From Nitrosopumilus sp. (GTDB lineage Archaea > Thermoproteota > Nitrososphaeria > Nitrososphaerales > Nitrosopumilaceae): a stretch of DNA of 63,724 bases. Positions within the stretch are counted from its first letter, which is position 1, and each line of letters begins with the position of its first letter. A program made the translations under genes and the position numbers. Under the pieces are notes generated by a model. That model made no database searches, was not told the DNA's origin, and saw only the letters and a program-made list of their open reading frames with translations. The stretch spans positions 1 to 63,724 of the forward strand of contig JAOUAY010000001.1 of the NCBI GenBank assembly GCA_029860565.1. Reading direction: 5' to 3'. This document shows, in pieces, positions 49,850 through 60,442 of this stretch.

Positions 49850-50266
49850 TTAATCTGTTGTAATTGTAAAGGTGCCTCTTGTTTTTGGATCTTGCAATAG
49901 TGAAATCATCGCTCTAGGCAACAAATCAGATGCCTTATCACACTTTACTGCCAACGTTCTAGGACATATGAAATCACTTTTTCTAATTACAATGTCATCA
50001 TTATGAGTAAGAATCAGATCAGGATGGCCGTTTCCTTCAATTACAAATTCATGATCACCTACACGAATTGAAAAGAATACCTTAGCATCAGAATTTCTGA
50101 GTTTGTCTTTTAGTTCTTGAGGCAAATCATTGCAACTGGAGGTTGCATTAACTCCCACAATACAATCTCCCTGAGGTGTCAAACGAGATTCTTTTGTTAT
50201 CTCTATAGTTTTTTGATGGTTTGATCTAATATTTTCATGTCCAGAAAATTGAATTTCAAATTTCAT
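49850..50266 (-). CDS. DUF371 domain protein
   Basis: GHENI...H..TIEITK...LTP.GDCIVGV, IVIRKSDF..RT, DKA. Confidence 0.85.
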   Translation of the reverse strand: MKFEIQFSGHENIRSNHQKTIEITKESRLTPQGDCIVGVNATSSCNDLPQELKDKLRNSDAKVFFSIRVGDHEFVIEGNGHPDLILTHNDDIVIRKSDFICPRTLAVKCDKASDLLPRAMISLLQDPKTRGTFTITTD

Positions 50267-50381
50267 GAATTCAACATAAATCAGTTTCAAATTAAGCTTG
50301 TTTCTTAGGCTCCGATCATAGAAGTGATTATTCTCAATTATGGGCACAGTTTAAATTGTACATTCTAAGCATTGGAATCAA

Positions 50382-51119
50382 ATGCTTCCTGCACAACAAG
50401 GTTACGACAGAGCAATTACCGTATTCTCACCAGATGGCAGATTATACCAAGTAGAATATGCCATTGAAACCGTAAGGAGAGGAACAATAGCTGTTGGTGT
50501 AAAATGTAAAGATGGAATTATCATTGCAGTTGAAGAAAAACCAAGAAAATTACAAATTTCCAATACTGCTCAAAAGATTTTCCAAATTGATGATCACGTA
50601 GGAGTTGCAGCAGCAGGATACATCCCAGATGCAAGAAGTCAAGTAGACAATGCAAGATTCTTTTCTCAAAGTAACAAAATGATTTATGATGAACCAGTTG
50701 AAGTTGAAACAATTGCAAAACATTTAGCTGATCAATGTCAACAATATACTCAATATGCAGGTGTAAGACCATATGGTGTTGCACTTATTCTCGGAGGAGT
50801 TGTAAACGGTACCTCACAATTATATCTAACTGATCCTAGCGGAACATACATCTCTTATGATGCAATTGCAATAGGTTCAGGCTCTGATCAAGTAACAGAC
50901 TTTTTAGAGAAAACTTACAAAAGTGATCTTTCATTAGATGAAGCTGCAACATTAGCTACTGCAGGAATTTATCTTTCAAGTGAAGACAAAGAAGGAACCA
51001 ATCACATCAGAATGGCACGCATTAAAAAAGATACAGGATTATACGAAATAGTTTCAGAAGAGCAGATTACAAATTATGCCAATACTGCTAAAGAAAAATA
51101 TCCACACGAGCAAAAATAA
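50382..51119 (+). CDS. psmA: Proteasome subunit alpha
   Basis: YDRAITVFSPDGRLYQVEYA signature. Confidence 0.97.
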   Translation: MLPAQQGYDRAITVFSPDGRLYQVEYAIETVRRGTIAVGVKCKDGIIIAVEEKPRKLQISNTAQKIFQIDDHVGVAAAGYIPDARSQVDNARFFSQSNKMIYDEPVEVETIAKHLADQCQQYTQYAGVRPYGVALILGGVVNGTSQLYLTDPSGTYISYDAIAIGSGSDQVTDFLEKTYKSDLSLDEAATLATAGIYLSSEDKEGTNHIRMARIKKDTGLYEIVSEEQITNYANTAKEKYPHEQK

Positions 51120-51134
51120 TTATTTTAAACACCT

Positions 51135-51962
51135 GTGAGACTAAGCACATTGAAATTATCTATTGCAATTCCAGAGTCCGCTTTATCAGATGAGTCACTC
51201 AAAATTGATAAGACTAGAAAAATTTCTGTTCTAGCAAGAGCTTGTGCAATTTTTAAAATTGATACAATCTATGTCTACCAAGAAGGAAACAACAAATCAG
51301 ATGGCGCCCTCATGATAATGATTCTGAAATATTTAGAAACACCTCAATTTTTGAGAAGAAGATTATTTCCAAAAATGAATGACCTGAAATTTGCAGGAGT
51401 ATTACAACCATTAAAAATACCCAGCCACATCACACCAGCTAATTCTAAAAAGATCATACGAGGAGATGTCAGGGAAGGAATAGTAGTAAGTATAAAGGGG
51501 AAAAAATTTGTCGATGTGGGTATTAACCACCTAATAGAATTTTATAGTAATACTTCAGTTGGAAAAAGAATAACAGTTCAATTCAAGGAAGGATATCCTA
51601 AATTATCAGTTAAAGAAATAGACAAGAGTGAAGTTCCATCATATTGGGGTTATTCAGTAAAAGAAAGAGCAAACTTGTATTCAGTATTATCAGAATGGAA
51701 AGGAAATATCATCATGACATCAAGGAAAGGAAAAACGGTTACAAGTGAACAACTATCCAAGTACACAAAAACAGATGAACCAATTCTAGTGGTGTTTGGA
51801 TCTCCTGAGAAAGGAATTCATGAAATTATCGGAGGAAATATGAATAAGGTTCAAAATGCAAAGTCGCTAAATTTTTTCCCAAATCAAGCTACTGAAACTG
51901 TACGTCTAGAAGAAGCAATACTTGGAACATTGGCAATACTTAATGTTCAAAACACACCATAA
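51135..51962 (+). CDS. SPOUT-family RNA methyltransferase (DUF171/MTH1-like)
   Basis: ARACAIF, YLETPQFLR, FGSP..G, NFFPNQ.T.TVRLEEA; usual position upstream of rpl3. Confidence 0.85.
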   Translation: MRLSTLKLSIAIPESALSDESLKIDKTRKISVLARACAIFKIDTIYVYQEGNNKSDGALMIMILKYLETPQFLRRRLFPKMNDLKFAGVLQPLKIPSHITPANSKKIIRGDVREGIVVSIKGKKFVDVGINHLIEFYSNTSVGKRITVQFKEGYPKLSVKEIDKSEVPSYWGYSVKERANLYSVLSEWKGNIIMTSRKGKTVTSEQLSKYTKTDEPILVVFGSPEKGIHEIIGGNMNKVQNAKSLNFFPNQATETVRLEEAILGTLAILNVQNTP

Positions 51963-51963
51963 C

Positions 51964-52074
51964 ATGCCTGAAAGAAAGAATTTCTTGTTATTAGCAATAG
52001 GTATTGGATTTGTAGGAATCATTATCGGTGCAATAACAATTTGGAATTCTGCATCTGAGTTGTTTACACCATAA
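51964..52074 (+). CDS. 36-aa single-TM microprotein
   Basis: Manual: MPERKNFLLLAIGIGFVGIIIGAITIWNSASELFTP; starts 1 nt after the upstream stop. Confidence 0.55.
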   Translation: MPERKNFLLLAIGIGFVGIIIGAITIWNSASELFTP

Positions 52075-52167
52075 CAAATTAGACATACATGGTTAACCTA
52101 AATTTTTTAAGAGGTTAACGATGTCTCATATGGTTTAATAAAGGGAAATCAGCGATTCGATTTAGTC

Positions 52168-53163
52168 ATGGGAGCTCGAAAACGACATTCACCGCGTAGA
52201 GGAAGTCTTGCATACTCACGTAGAGTACGTGCCAAAAGCATGGAAGCAAGAATTAGGGCTTGGCCAAAATTAGATGCTTCAGCAGAACCAAAAATTTTAG
52301 CACATTGTGGTTTTAAAGCAGGTTGTGTACAAATTGTCAGTATTGATGATCGTGACAAAGTGCCAAATGCAGGGAAACAACTAGTTAGTTTAGGGACAGT
52401 GCTCGTAACTCCACCAGTTTTAATTTTAGGAATTAGAGGATATTCAAAAGATCATTATGGACGACATGCAGAGTTTGATGTTTATGCTGAAGATATTCCA
52501 AAGAACATAGCAAAAGAAATTACAATTAAAAATATAGAAGGTTCCATGGATAACGCAGAAAAAAGATTAAAGAAAATTAAAGAGATTTTTGCAATAGTTG
52601 CAATTTCTCCAAGAGATGCAGGATTGGAACAAAAGAAACCATATATTTTTGAAGCTTTAGTTAGCGGAGGAGATATTGAAAAACAATTTGCACATGTAAA
52701 AGAATCACTAGGAAAAGAAATTAAAATTGATCAAATTTTTGAAACAGGTGCAACAGTAGATGTTGCAGCAATTACAAAAGGTCACGGATGGCAAGGTGTA
52801 CTCAAAAGATGGAACGTAAAAAAGAAACAACACAAATCAAGAAAAACAGTTAGAGAGGTTGGTTCATTAGGTCCAATCTCACCACAGAGTGTCATGTATA
52901 CAGTTCCAAGAGCAGGGCAAATGGGATTCCATCAAAGAGTAGAATATGATAAAAGAATTATGATAATGGGAAATACTGAATCAGATAAAATTAAAATTAA
53001 TCCGGATGGAGGATACAAACACTTTGGTTTAGTAAAAGGGGATTTCATCATTCTAAAAGGTTCAGTACCAGGCACTTACAAGAGATTAATCAAACTAAGA
53101 AGTCAAATTAGAAATGCACCAGTAAAAGTTAGCAAACCAAACATTTTGGAGGTAGTAGTATAA
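52168..53163 (+). CDS. rpl3: 50S ribosomal protein L3
   Basis: PRRGSL, FKAG, TKGHG.QG, PRAGQMGFHQR. Confidence 0.97.
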   Translation: MGARKRHSPRRGSLAYSRRVRAKSMEARIRAWPKLDASAEPKILAHCGFKAGCVQIVSIDDRDKVPNAGKQLVSLGTVLVTPPVLILGIRGYSKDHYGRHAEFDVYAEDIPKNIAKEITIKNIEGSMDNAEKRLKKIKEIFAIVAISPRDAGLEQKKPYIFEALVSGGDIEKQFAHVKESLGKEIKIDQIFETGATVDVAAITKGHGWQGVLKRWNVKKKQHKSRKTVREVGSLGPISPQSVMYTVPRAGQMGFHQRVEYDKRIMIMGNTESDKIKINPDGGYKHFGLVKGDFIILKGSVPGTYKRLIKLRSQIRNAPVKVSKPNILEVVV

Positions 53164-53975
53164 TGAAGACAACAGTGTACACAACTACTGGAACAAAAGA
53201 TGGCGAAGTAGAACTTCCTCCAGTATTTTCAACCCCACTAAGACGAGAATTAATTCATAAAGCTTTCACCAATTTAACATCCCATAAATTTCAAAGACAA
53301 GGAAGAAAACCAAACGCAGGTATGGATGTCGTAGCAGACTCCAACGATCCTCCAACAGGTCAAGGTGTATCACGTGTTGCAAGAATGCAAGGCGGAGGAG
53401 GAGGAAGACAAGGACAAGGAGCTGAAGTGGCATCAACCAGAGGTGGAAGACAAGCACATCCACCTATTGTTCAAAAGATAATTTACAAAAGGTTGAATAA
53501 AAAAGAAAACAAATTAGCACTTTGTTCTGCAATTGCAGCAACTGCATCAAAAGATCTTGTAGAATTAAGAGGTCACAAAATTGATGGCATAGAATCATTC
53601 CCAATTATAGTATCAGAGGATATTGAATCAATTTCCAAAGCAAGTGAAATTACCAAAGTATTAGATTCATTGAAACTATCACAAGATGTTAAGAGATTAG
53701 ATGCAAGAAAACCACGTTCTGGACAATCAAGACTTAGAGGAAGAAGTAAGAAAATTGGAAAAAGTGTTTTGTTTGTAACAAAAGATTCATCTAATCTATC
53801 AAAGGCAATCGGCGCATTTCCAGGAGTAGAAGTAAGAAATGCCAAAGATTTGAGCGTATTAGATTTAGCTCCAGGTTCTGATCCAATTAGATTAACAGTA
53901 TATTCCAAATCAGCAATTGAAGAAATTGGGAAAATCAAATCAACACATCTAGAATTAATGGTGAAAACACAATGA
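53163..53975 (+). CDS. rpl4: 50S ribosomal protein L4
   Basis: RGGRQAHPP, LDLAPG; operon position. Confidence 0.96.
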   Translation: MKTTVYTTTGTKDGEVELPPVFSTPLRRELIHKAFTNLTSHKFQRQGRKPNAGMDVVADSNDPPTGQGVSRVARMQGGGGGRQGQGAEVASTRGGRQAHPPIVQKIIYKRLNKKENKLALCSAIAATASKDLVELRGHKIDGIESFPIIVSEDIESISKASEITKVLDSLKLSQDVKRLDARKPRSGQSRLRGRSKKIGKSVLFVTKDSSNLSKAIGAFPGVEVRNAKDLSVLDLAPGSDPIRLTVYSKSAIEEIGKIKSTHLELMVKTQ

Positions 53976-54238
53976 ATGTAGATCAAGCAATGAAGATCAT
54001 AGTCAAACCATACATTACAGAAAAAACTTTTGCAATGGTTGAAAATGAAAGTAAAATTTGTTTTATTGTAGAAATATCTGCAAACAAACCAGAGATTGCA
54101 GAAGCTGTAAAAGTGCTTTACAAAGAAAATGTCAAAAAAGTAAACACTGCAAGAACAATTTATGGTAAAAAAGCATTTGTTCAATTTGAAAGTACAGAAA
54201 AAGCCAGAGATCTTGCAACGAAGATAGGAATGCTATAA
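53972..54238 (+). CDS. rpl23: 50S ribosomal protein L23
   Basis: P.ITEK, ANKPEI, KVNT, KKAFV. Confidence 0.95.
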   Translation: MNVDQAMKIIVKPYITEKTFAMVENESKICFIVEISANKPEIAEAVKVLYKENVKKVNTARTIYGKKAFVQFESTEKARDLATKIGML

Positions 54239-54282
54239 TATGGACCATAAAACTCGAAGTACATTAACAGAGGAGAAGAGAG

Positions 54283-54678
54283 ATGGTTAAAGAATTTTTA
54301 TACAGAGGTATTCCTAAGGAGGAGCTAGATAATTTATCATTAGAGAAGCTATTCCTATTATTCAATTCCAGACAAAGAAGATCCCTTACCCGAGGCATTA
54401 CTGATGGTAAGAGAAAATTGATTGAAGAGATAAAGGCCGCAAAAGCAGGCAAATTAAAGAATCCCATCAAAACCCACGTAAGAGATTTGATAGTTCTTCC
54501 ATACATGGTAGATGTTACAGTAAATATATTCTCTGGAAAGGAATTCGTTCCACGTACAATCACAACTGAAATGATTGGACATTATTTGGGTGAATATGTA
54601 ATAACGAACAAGAAGGTTTCACACGGCGCACCAGGTGTAGGTGCATCGAGATCCAGCCTTTATGTACCATTAAAGTGA
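54283..54678 (+). CDS. rps19: 30S ribosomal protein S19
   Basis: KTHVRD, EMIGHYLGE, GVGASRSS. Confidence 0.96.
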   Translation: MVKEFLYRGIPKEELDNLSLEKLFLLFNSRQRRSLTRGITDGKRKLIEEIKAAKAGKLKNPIKTHVRDLIVLPYMVDVTVNIFSGKEFVPRTITTEMIGHYLGEYVITNKKVSHGAPGVGASRSSLYVPLK

Positions 54679-54683
54679 TTATT

Positions 54684-55142
54684 ATGGGTAGATTCAATTA
54701 CGCTTTCCAAAATTATGACGCGACAAGGCACGTACGTTCTTCATTAAGAGAAAAAGACATTTCACATAAACATGCACGTGAAGTTGCCGTATCAATTAAA
54801 GGACTATCCATTGAAAAAGCCCGAGATTATCTACAAGATGTGATTAATAAGAAAAGAGCAGTTGCATTTAGAAGATACAAAAATCAAGTAGGGCACAAAG
54901 CAGATCCTGGAATGATGGCAGGACGTTATCCACAAAAGACAGCAAAAGAATTCATCAAAGTTTTAGATAATTTAGAATCAAATGCAGAATACAAAGGAAT
55001 GGATTTGGATAGATTAAGAATTGTAAACGCAACAGTACACAAAGGTGTAGTTGTGAAAAGATTTACTCCAAGAGCAATGGGAAGAGCAACTCCAAAGAAC
55101 AATGTATTAACTCACGTCGAATTGGTGGCAAAGGAGATTTAG
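54684..55142 (+). CDS. rpl22: 50S ribosomal protein L22
   Basis: GRYPQK, NAEYKG, PRAMGRA. Confidence 0.96.
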   Translation: MGRFNYAFQNYDATRHVRSSLREKDISHKHAREVAVSIKGLSIEKARDYLQDVINKKRAVAFRRYKNQVGHKADPGMMAGRYPQKTAKEFIKVLDNLESNAEYKGMDLDRLRIVNATVHKGVVVKRFTPRAMGRATPKNNVLTHVELVAKEI

Positions 55143-55144
55143 AT

Positions 55145-55951
55145 ATGTCAGCAGTGAAAAATGTAATCAAAGATAACTACAACATGATGTTACTCAAAGA
55201 TTATCTCAGAGAAGCAATTAAAGATGCAGGTTTCTCACATGCAGAAATTTCAAAAACCCCAGTAGGAACTAGAGTTGCATTGCATGTAACAAGACCAGGG
55301 ATTGTCATAGGAAGAAAAGGAACAGGCATCAGAGCACTCACTGAAAAACTTGCAACAGATTTTGGATTAAAAAATCCACAAATTTCAGTAATAGAAATTG
55401 AAAAACCAGAACTAGCACCAAGTGTAATGTGTAATAGAATGGCATCTCATCTTGAAAGAGGAACAGCTTTTAGAAGAGCAACAATGTGGACATTAAAACA
55501 AATTATGGAAGGCGGTGCAATGGGAGTTCAAATTACAATTTCAGGTAAACTTAGAGGTGACCGTTCTGCATTTGAAAAACATACACAAGGAATTTTACCA
55601 AGAGCAGGACATCACGCAGAAGTAATTGTATCTGAGGATATTGCACACGTAAAAACAGCAATGGGATTAATTGGAATTAGAATAAGAATTGCAAAAAAAG
55701 AAAAACTCATCCCAGAATTTGAGATGAAAGTTGAAAACCCAAAGAAGACAAAACAAGTTAAAGATGAAAAAAGTGAGGACTCAAAAAAAATCAAAGTAGA
55801 AGAAATCGTAATTGGAGATAATAAAATAGAAGTTGTCAAAATAGAAGGCAAAAAAGATGAAGCAAGGTCAGAGTCAGAAGCAATTGTATTAGAAGAAAAG
55901 AAGATAGAAAAAATAGAAACACTAGAAGAAGAGGAGGCTAAATTGAAATGA
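55145..55951 (+). CDS. rps3: 30S ribosomal protein S3 (charged C-terminal extension)
   Basis: [21 protein letters not shown]. Confidence 0.96.
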   Translation: MSAVKNVIKDNYNMMLLKDYLREAIKDAGFSHAEISKTPVGTRVALHVTRPGIVIGRKGTGIRALTEKLATDFGLKNPQISVIEIEKPELAPSVMCNRMASHLERGTAFRRATMWTLKQIMEGGAMGVQITISGKLRGDRSAFEKHTQGILPRAGHHAEVIVSEDIAHVKTAMGLIGIRIRIAKKEKLIPEFEMKVENPKKTKQVKDEKSEDSKKIKVEEIVIGDNKIEVVKIEGKKDEARSESEAIVLEEKKIEKIETLEEEEAKLK

Positions 55952-56154
55952 CCAGACTCAGTATGAAGACAATCAAAAAACTAAATGAAAAAGATCTTAA
56001 AAGTAAAATTCAAGAGTCCAGAAGTGAACTTGCAAAACTTAGAGTTGACGCATCCAAAGGAACATTAAGAAAAGAAAGTGGCAAACTAAAACCATTACGT
56101 CACGACATTGCAAGAATGTTAACTAGAGTAAACGAGATGAGGAGAGAAAAATGA
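55948..56154 (+). CDS. rpl29: 50S ribosomal protein L29
   Basis: R.DIARMLT; operon position. Confidence 0.93.
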   Translation: MTRLSMKTIKKLNEKDLKSKIQESRSELAKLRVDASKGTLRKESGKLKPLRHDIARMLTRVNEMRREK

Positions 56155-56417
56155 TCACTGCATACAACATCAGGTCTCATGAATTTATAGGATTAGACAC
56201 AGAGATCGTTCAGTCTACTAACCCACAAGTTATAGGATTAAATGGAAGAATTATCAATGAAACAAAATCGATGTTCACAATTAATACAGAAAATGGAGTT
56301 AAATCAATTGCAAAATCTACAAATGATTGGAAATTTTCAATTCAAAATAAAGATATCATAGTAGACGGCTCCAAAATTGCAAAAAGACCATTTGATAGAA
56401 TAGGAGGAAAGACATGA
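56151..56417 (+). CDS. rnp1: Ribonuclease P protein component 1 (Rpp29)
   Basis: HEFIGL, G.II.ETK, RP.DR; between rpl29 and rps17. Confidence 0.92.
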   Translation: MITAYNIRSHEFIGLDTEIVQSTNPQVIGLNGRIINETKSMFTINTENGVKSIAKSTNDWKFSIQNKDIIVDGSKIAKRPFDRIGGKT

Positions 56418-56737
56418 CTCAAAATATTGGATTAAAAGTAAAAGAACCAACCAGAGAATGCATGGATAAACATTGTCCATTCCATGGTGATTTATCAATT
56501 AGAGGTAAACTCTTTGACGGTAAAGTTACAGGAAATAAAGCAAGACAAACCATAACATTACAAAAAGACTCACCAATCTACTTTAGTAAATTTAAGAGAT
56601 ATGCAAGAGGTACAAGTACGATTCATGCACATGTTCCAGGTTGCATAGATGTTGAAACAGGGGATCATGTGTTAACTGCAGAATGTAGACCAATATCAAA
56701 ATCTGTTTCATATGTAGTTGTTGAGGTTAAAGCATAA
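56414..56737 (+). CDS. rps17: 30S ribosomal protein S17
   Basis: CPFHG, ECRPISKS. Confidence 0.96.
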   Translation: MTQNIGLKVKEPTRECMDKHCPFHGDLSIRGKLFDGKVTGNKARQTITLQKDSPIYFSKFKRYARGTSTIHAHVPGCIDVETGDHVLTAECRPISKSVSYVVVEVKA

Positions 56738-57159
56738 TGGCAAAGCAAGCAGGTAAAGGAGTACAAGAATTTAGACCATATGTTACCAAAGTACTTCCAG
56801 TTGGAGCAAACATTGTTTGTGCAGATAATTCAGGTGCCAAAATTTTAGAGATAATCAACGTTCCAAGACATAAAACTAGAGCATCAAGACTCCCTTCAGC
56901 ATCAGTAGGTGACTTTTGTAATGTTGTAGTAAAGAAAGGGCCAGCAGAATTAAGAAAGCAAGTTTATGGTGCAGTAATTGTTAGACAGAAATATGCAATT
57001 CGTAGATTAAACGGTGTAAGAGTTTGTTTTGAAGATAATGCAGCAGTTCTAATCACTCCAGAAGGAGAAACAAAAGGAACAGACATCAAAGGACCAGTAG
57101 CTGTAGAAGCTTCAGAGAAATGGCCAAGAGTAGCTAACTTGGCATCAATGGTGGTATAA
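56737..57159 (+). CDS. rpl14: 50S ribosomal protein L14
   Basis: [21 protein letters not shown]. Confidence 0.97.
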   Translation: MAKQAGKGVQEFRPYVTKVLPVGANIVCADNSGAKILEIINVPRHKTRASRLPSASVGDFCNVVVKKGPAELRKQVYGAVIVRQKYAIRRLNGVRVCFEDNAAVLITPEGETKGTDIKGPVAVEASEKWPRVANLASMVV

Positions 57160-57163
57160 TAAA

Positions 57164-57619
57164 ATGAAGCCAACTAAAATGCGTAATAAGATGATTTATC
57201 AAGCGTCATCCCAAACAAGAAGCAAACAACTTGGGAGTGCATTATCCAAAGATCTTCACAAAAAATATGGCAAAAGAAGTGTCAGAGTCATAGAAGGAGA
57301 CAGCGTTACAATTGTTCGAGGAGAATTCAAAGGAGTAGATGGTAAAGTAGCAAAAATATCCAAACCAAAAAGCAGCGTAGCCATCGAAGGAGTAAAAAAA
57401 GAGAAAACAAAAGGTGATAAATTTGATGTTTATATTCACACATCCAATCTTGTTGTTACTTCACTCAGTACTAACGATAAATGGAGAATTACAAAACTTG
57501 AAGGCAAAGATCCATCAAAACAATCTAAAACAACTTCTGCAAAAACAGAAACCGTGAAAGTTGCTTCTAAAGAAACAAAAGGAACAGATGAAGCCAAAAA
57601 ACAGGAAGATGAAAAATAA
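57164..57619 (+). CDS. rpl24: 50S ribosomal protein L24
   Basis: LSKDL.KKYG.RS, GD.V.IVRG.FKG. Confidence 0.95.
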   Translation: MKPTKMRNKMIYQASSQTRSKQLGSALSKDLHKKYGKRSVRVIEGDSVTIVRGEFKGVDGKVAKISKPKSSVAIEGVKKEKTKGDKFDVYIHTSNLVVTSLSTNDKWRITKLEGKDPSKQSKTTSAKTETVKVASKETKGTDEAKKQEDEK

Positions 57620-58335
57620 TGGTAAGTATTGCAGGTAGTAAAAAACTCAAACGTCAAATGGCTCCACAATTTTGGGGAATTACAAGAAAAGATAAGAGGT
57701 TTGTAATTACAGTAAAACCAGGTCCACACAAAAAGAGTCAAGCCATCCCAACAGCAGTATTTCTCAGAGACACGTTAAAGATTGTCACAAGTTTAAGAGA
57801 AGCAAAAGCTTCAATATACTCCGGCAAAGTTAAGATTGATGGTGTTGTAAGAAAATCACTTCATCACGCAATTGGTTTAATGGATGTAGTGGAATTAGAA
57901 AATGTTTCAGATATTTATCGTTTAGTTCCAGCAGAAGAAAAAATGCTTAAACCGATAAAAATCAACGAATCAGAAAAATCGAAAAAACTTGTTACAGTAA
58001 CAAGTAAAACCACAATTAGCAAAGACAAATTACAAATTGGATTCCATGATGGGCGTTCAATAATTTCAGATAGTAAAGTGAACATTGGCGATACTTGTTT
58101 AATACAAATTCCAGATGTTAAAATTCTTGAAATAATTAAACTAGAAGTAGGCTCTCAAGGACTAGTAACTCGTGGAAATAACGTAGGACAAATCGGTAAA
58201 ATAGAAGCTATAGAAGAAGGAACATTTATCCTTCCAAAAAGAGTCATCCTAACGCTAGAGGATAGAAAAATCGAAATACCAGCAGATATCATTATGCCAA
58301 TTGGTAAAGGAGAACCAATAATTCAATTAAAGTGA
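57619..58335 (+). CDS. rps4e: 30S ribosomal protein S4e
   Basis: LKR..AP..W, PGPH, GLMDV, HDGR. Confidence 0.96.
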   Translation: MVSIAGSKKLKRQMAPQFWGITRKDKRFVITVKPGPHKKSQAIPTAVFLRDTLKIVTSLREAKASIYSGKVKIDGVVRKSLHHAIGLMDVVELENVSDIYRLVPAEEKMLKPIKINESEKSKKLVTVTSKTTISKDKLQIGFHDGRSIISDSKVNIGDTCLIQIPDVKILEIIKLEVGSQGLVTRGNNVGQIGKIEAIEEGTFILPKRVILTLEDRKIEIPADIIMPIGKGEPIIQLK

Positions 58336-58339
58336 TCAT

Positions 58340-58861
58340 ATGTCTCAAACAACAGAAATCCCAATGAAAAAAATCTCTTTAGAGAAAGTCGTCTTAAATA
58401 TGGGCGTAGGAAAATCGGGGGATGTAATTAATATTGCAAAAACAGCACTTGATCAGATTTCAGGAAAAAAATCTTCTTCACGTAATGCAAAATCACAACA
58501 GAGAGATTGGGGAGTAAGAAAAGGAGAACCAATAGGAGCAGCAGTGACAGTACGTGGAAAAGATGCAATTGAATTAGTAAAAAGATTGCTAGAATCAAAA
58601 GGAAATACAATCAACGGTAGATCATTTGACAATTTTGGCAATTTTTCATTTGGAATTAAAGAACACATAGACATACCAGGTGTAAAATATGATCCACAGA
58701 TAGGAATCTTAGGACTTGGAATTTCAATCACATTAACTAGGCCAGGATATGGAATTAGAACAAGAAGTAAACACAAAGCAAGAGTTGGAAAAGATCACAT
58801 TATCAAAAGCCAAGAGGCAAAAGATTATTTTGTAAAAGAATTTGGAGTGTCTATAACATAA
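58340..58861 (+). CDS. rpl5: 50S ribosomal protein L5
   Basis: KVVLNMGVG, GNFSFGIKEHIDIPG. Confidence 0.96.
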   Translation: MSQTTEIPMKKISLEKVVLNMGVGKSGDVINIAKTALDQISGKKSSSRNAKSQQRDWGVRKGEPIGAAVTVRGKDAIELVKRLLESKGNTINGRSFDNFGNFSFGIKEHIDIPGVKYDPQIGILGLGISITLTRPGYGIRTRSKHKARVGKDHIIKSQEAKDYFVKEFGVSIT

Positions 58862-59040
58862 TGCCAAAAGATAGATCATACGAAGCCACTGGAAGGAAAA
58901 AACATGATTTTGGACGAGGTTCAAGATGGTGCAAGAGATGTGGTGATTATACAGCAGTTATTCAAAAATATGATTTGATGTTATGTAGACGATGCTTTAG
59001 AGAAGTCGCAACATCTTTAGGGTTCAGGAAAAATAAGTGA
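58861..59040 (+). CDS. rps14: 30S ribosomal protein S14 (Zn-binding), below the ORF-track cut-off
   Basis: Manual: ...GRGSRWCKRCG...KYDLMLCRRCFREVATSLGFRKNK (59 aa). Confidence 0.95.
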   Translation: MPKDRSYEATGRKKHDFGRGSRWCKRCGDYTAVIQKYDLMLCRRCFREVATSLGFRKNK

Positions 59041-59046
59041 GATATA

Positions 59047-59439
59047 ATGCCAGCAACAAACATTTTAGCAAATCTATTTGTCACACTTTACAATAATGAA
59101 ACCAGAAGGAAAAGTGATTGTGTAATTCTTCCAACTTCAAAATTAGGAATTGAAGTTCTAAAAACACTTCAAAAAGATGGATATATTGGAGAGTTTGAGC
59201 ATATTGACGATAAAAGAGGCGGAAAATTTAAAATTAAATTATTGGCAAAAATAACAAAATGTGGAGCAATATCCCCAAGATTCAAAGTAAAAACGGACGA
59301 ATATAATAACTGGGAGCAACAATATTTACCAGCATATGACCGAGGAATGCTTCTTGTCACAACAAACCAAGGAGTAATGTCACATCACGAAGCAACACAA
59401 AAAGGAATTGGAGGATTTTTAATAGGATATGTCTACTGA
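59047..59439 (+). CDS. rps8: 30S ribosomal protein S8
   Basis: GYIGEFE, CGAISPRF, TTNQG.MSH, GG.LIGYVY. Confidence 0.96.
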   Translation: MPATNILANLFVTLYNNETRRKSDCVILPTSKLGIEVLKTLQKDGYIGEFEHIDDKRGGKFKIKLLAKITKCGAISPRFKVKTDEYNNWEQQYLPAYDRGMLLVTTNQGVMSHHEATQKGIGGFLIGYVY

Positions 59440-59986
59440 GCAAATCGATAAATTCCAAGACGAAGTAGACATTCCAGAGGGAGTCACAGTAACCGTAAAC
59501 AAACACATGTTAGGGTTTGTAGGGCCATTAGGTAAAACATACAAAAGTTTCAGAAGCATCCCAGTGAATATCAAAATTGTGGAAAATAAAGTCATGCTAA
59601 AAGCAATAGGTTCCAAAAAAAGGGACTATGCAATTTTACACACAGCAAGATCAATTATTAGAAATATTTGCGAAGGTCTAATTGTAGGATATACAATTAA
59701 AATGAAAGTTGTTTATGCACACTTTCCAGTAACAGTAAAAGTAGAAGGAAAGAAAATTTTAATTGAGAACTTTCAAGGTGAACGTGCACCAAGAGTTACT
59801 CACATTGTCGGAAATACCAAGGTCATACCAAAGGGCGAAGATGTAATTCTTACAGGAGAAGTTTGGACAGACATAACTCAAACTGCAGCAAATATTGAGC
59901 TTAAAACTAAGGTTAAAAATAAAGATCACAGAGTTTTCTTAGATGGTATTTATGCATTTGAGAAGACAAAAGGTTTAGAAAAATAG
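59429..59986 (+). CDS. rpl6: 50S ribosomal protein L6
   Basis: IPEGV, YAHFP, NFQGE, D.RVFLDGIY. Confidence 0.96.
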   Translation: MSTEQIDKFQDEVDIPEGVTVTVNKHMLGFVGPLGKTYKSFRSIPVNIKIVENKVMLKAIGSKKRDYAILHTARSIIRNICEGLIVGYTIKMKVVYAHFPVTVKVEGKKILIENFQGERAPRVTHIVGNTKVIPKGEDVILTGEVWTDITQTAANIELKTKVKNKDHRVFLDGIYAFEKTKGLEK

Positions 59987-60004
59987 AACTATAATTTTCC
60001 CAAT

Positions 60005-60292
60005 ATGACTCTTGATCCTGAATTTTCAAAACAAACAACGGATTTAATTCAACAAACATTAGAGTTATACAAATCAGCTGGTGCATCGCCAAGAATTAGT
60101 GAAACGTGGAATTGTGAAAATATTGGTGATTTTTTATGTGGATTTTTTGTAGGTGAAATGGTAGGTTCAGCACTTAGTGCTTTTCAAATAGTCCATCAAA
60201 AAGAGCCTACAGCTGATGAGCATCTTGAAATAATTGAATTAGTTGAGAGTCATTCAAAAGAAATTAAAGAATTTTTTGCAAAATTTAACTGA
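60005..60292 (+). CDS. Conserved hypothetical protein
   Basis: 95-aa ORF following rpl6. Confidence 0.7.
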   Translation: MTLDPEFSKQTTDLIQQTLELYKSAGASPRISETWNCENIGDFLCGFFVGEMVGSALSAFQIVHQKEPTADEHLEIIELVESHSKEIKEFFAKFN

Positions 60293-60364
60293 GTGATCAT
60301 TTAACATTACTGGAATACACATAGTCGCAAAGATTAAATCACTTTTATCAAGGTACAAACTTGT

Positions 60365-60438
60365 GCCTCCCTAGCTCAGCGTGGTAGAGCATCCGACTGT
60401 TAATCGGATGGTCACCAGTTCAAGTCTGGTGGGAGGCG
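60365..60438 (+). tRNA. tRNA-Asn (GTT), intronless, CCA not encoded
   Basis: GCCTCCC/GGGAGGC acceptor stem, TCCGA-CTGTTAA-TCGGA anticodon arm, ACCAG-TTCAAGT-CTGGT T-arm. Confidence 0.97.
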
Positions 60439-60442
60439 CGTA

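Noticed and set aside
53573-54184. 203-aa minus-strand ORF and other antisense ORFs (e.g. 35918..36382, 42352..42786, 44615..45034, 7222..7587, 40554..40790)
   Set aside because: They are shadows of well-supported genes on the opposite strand and have no motifs
55720-55951. Charged C-terminal tails of rps3 and rpl24 as novel domains
   Set aside because: Low-complexity Lys/Glu extensions are common in this lineage
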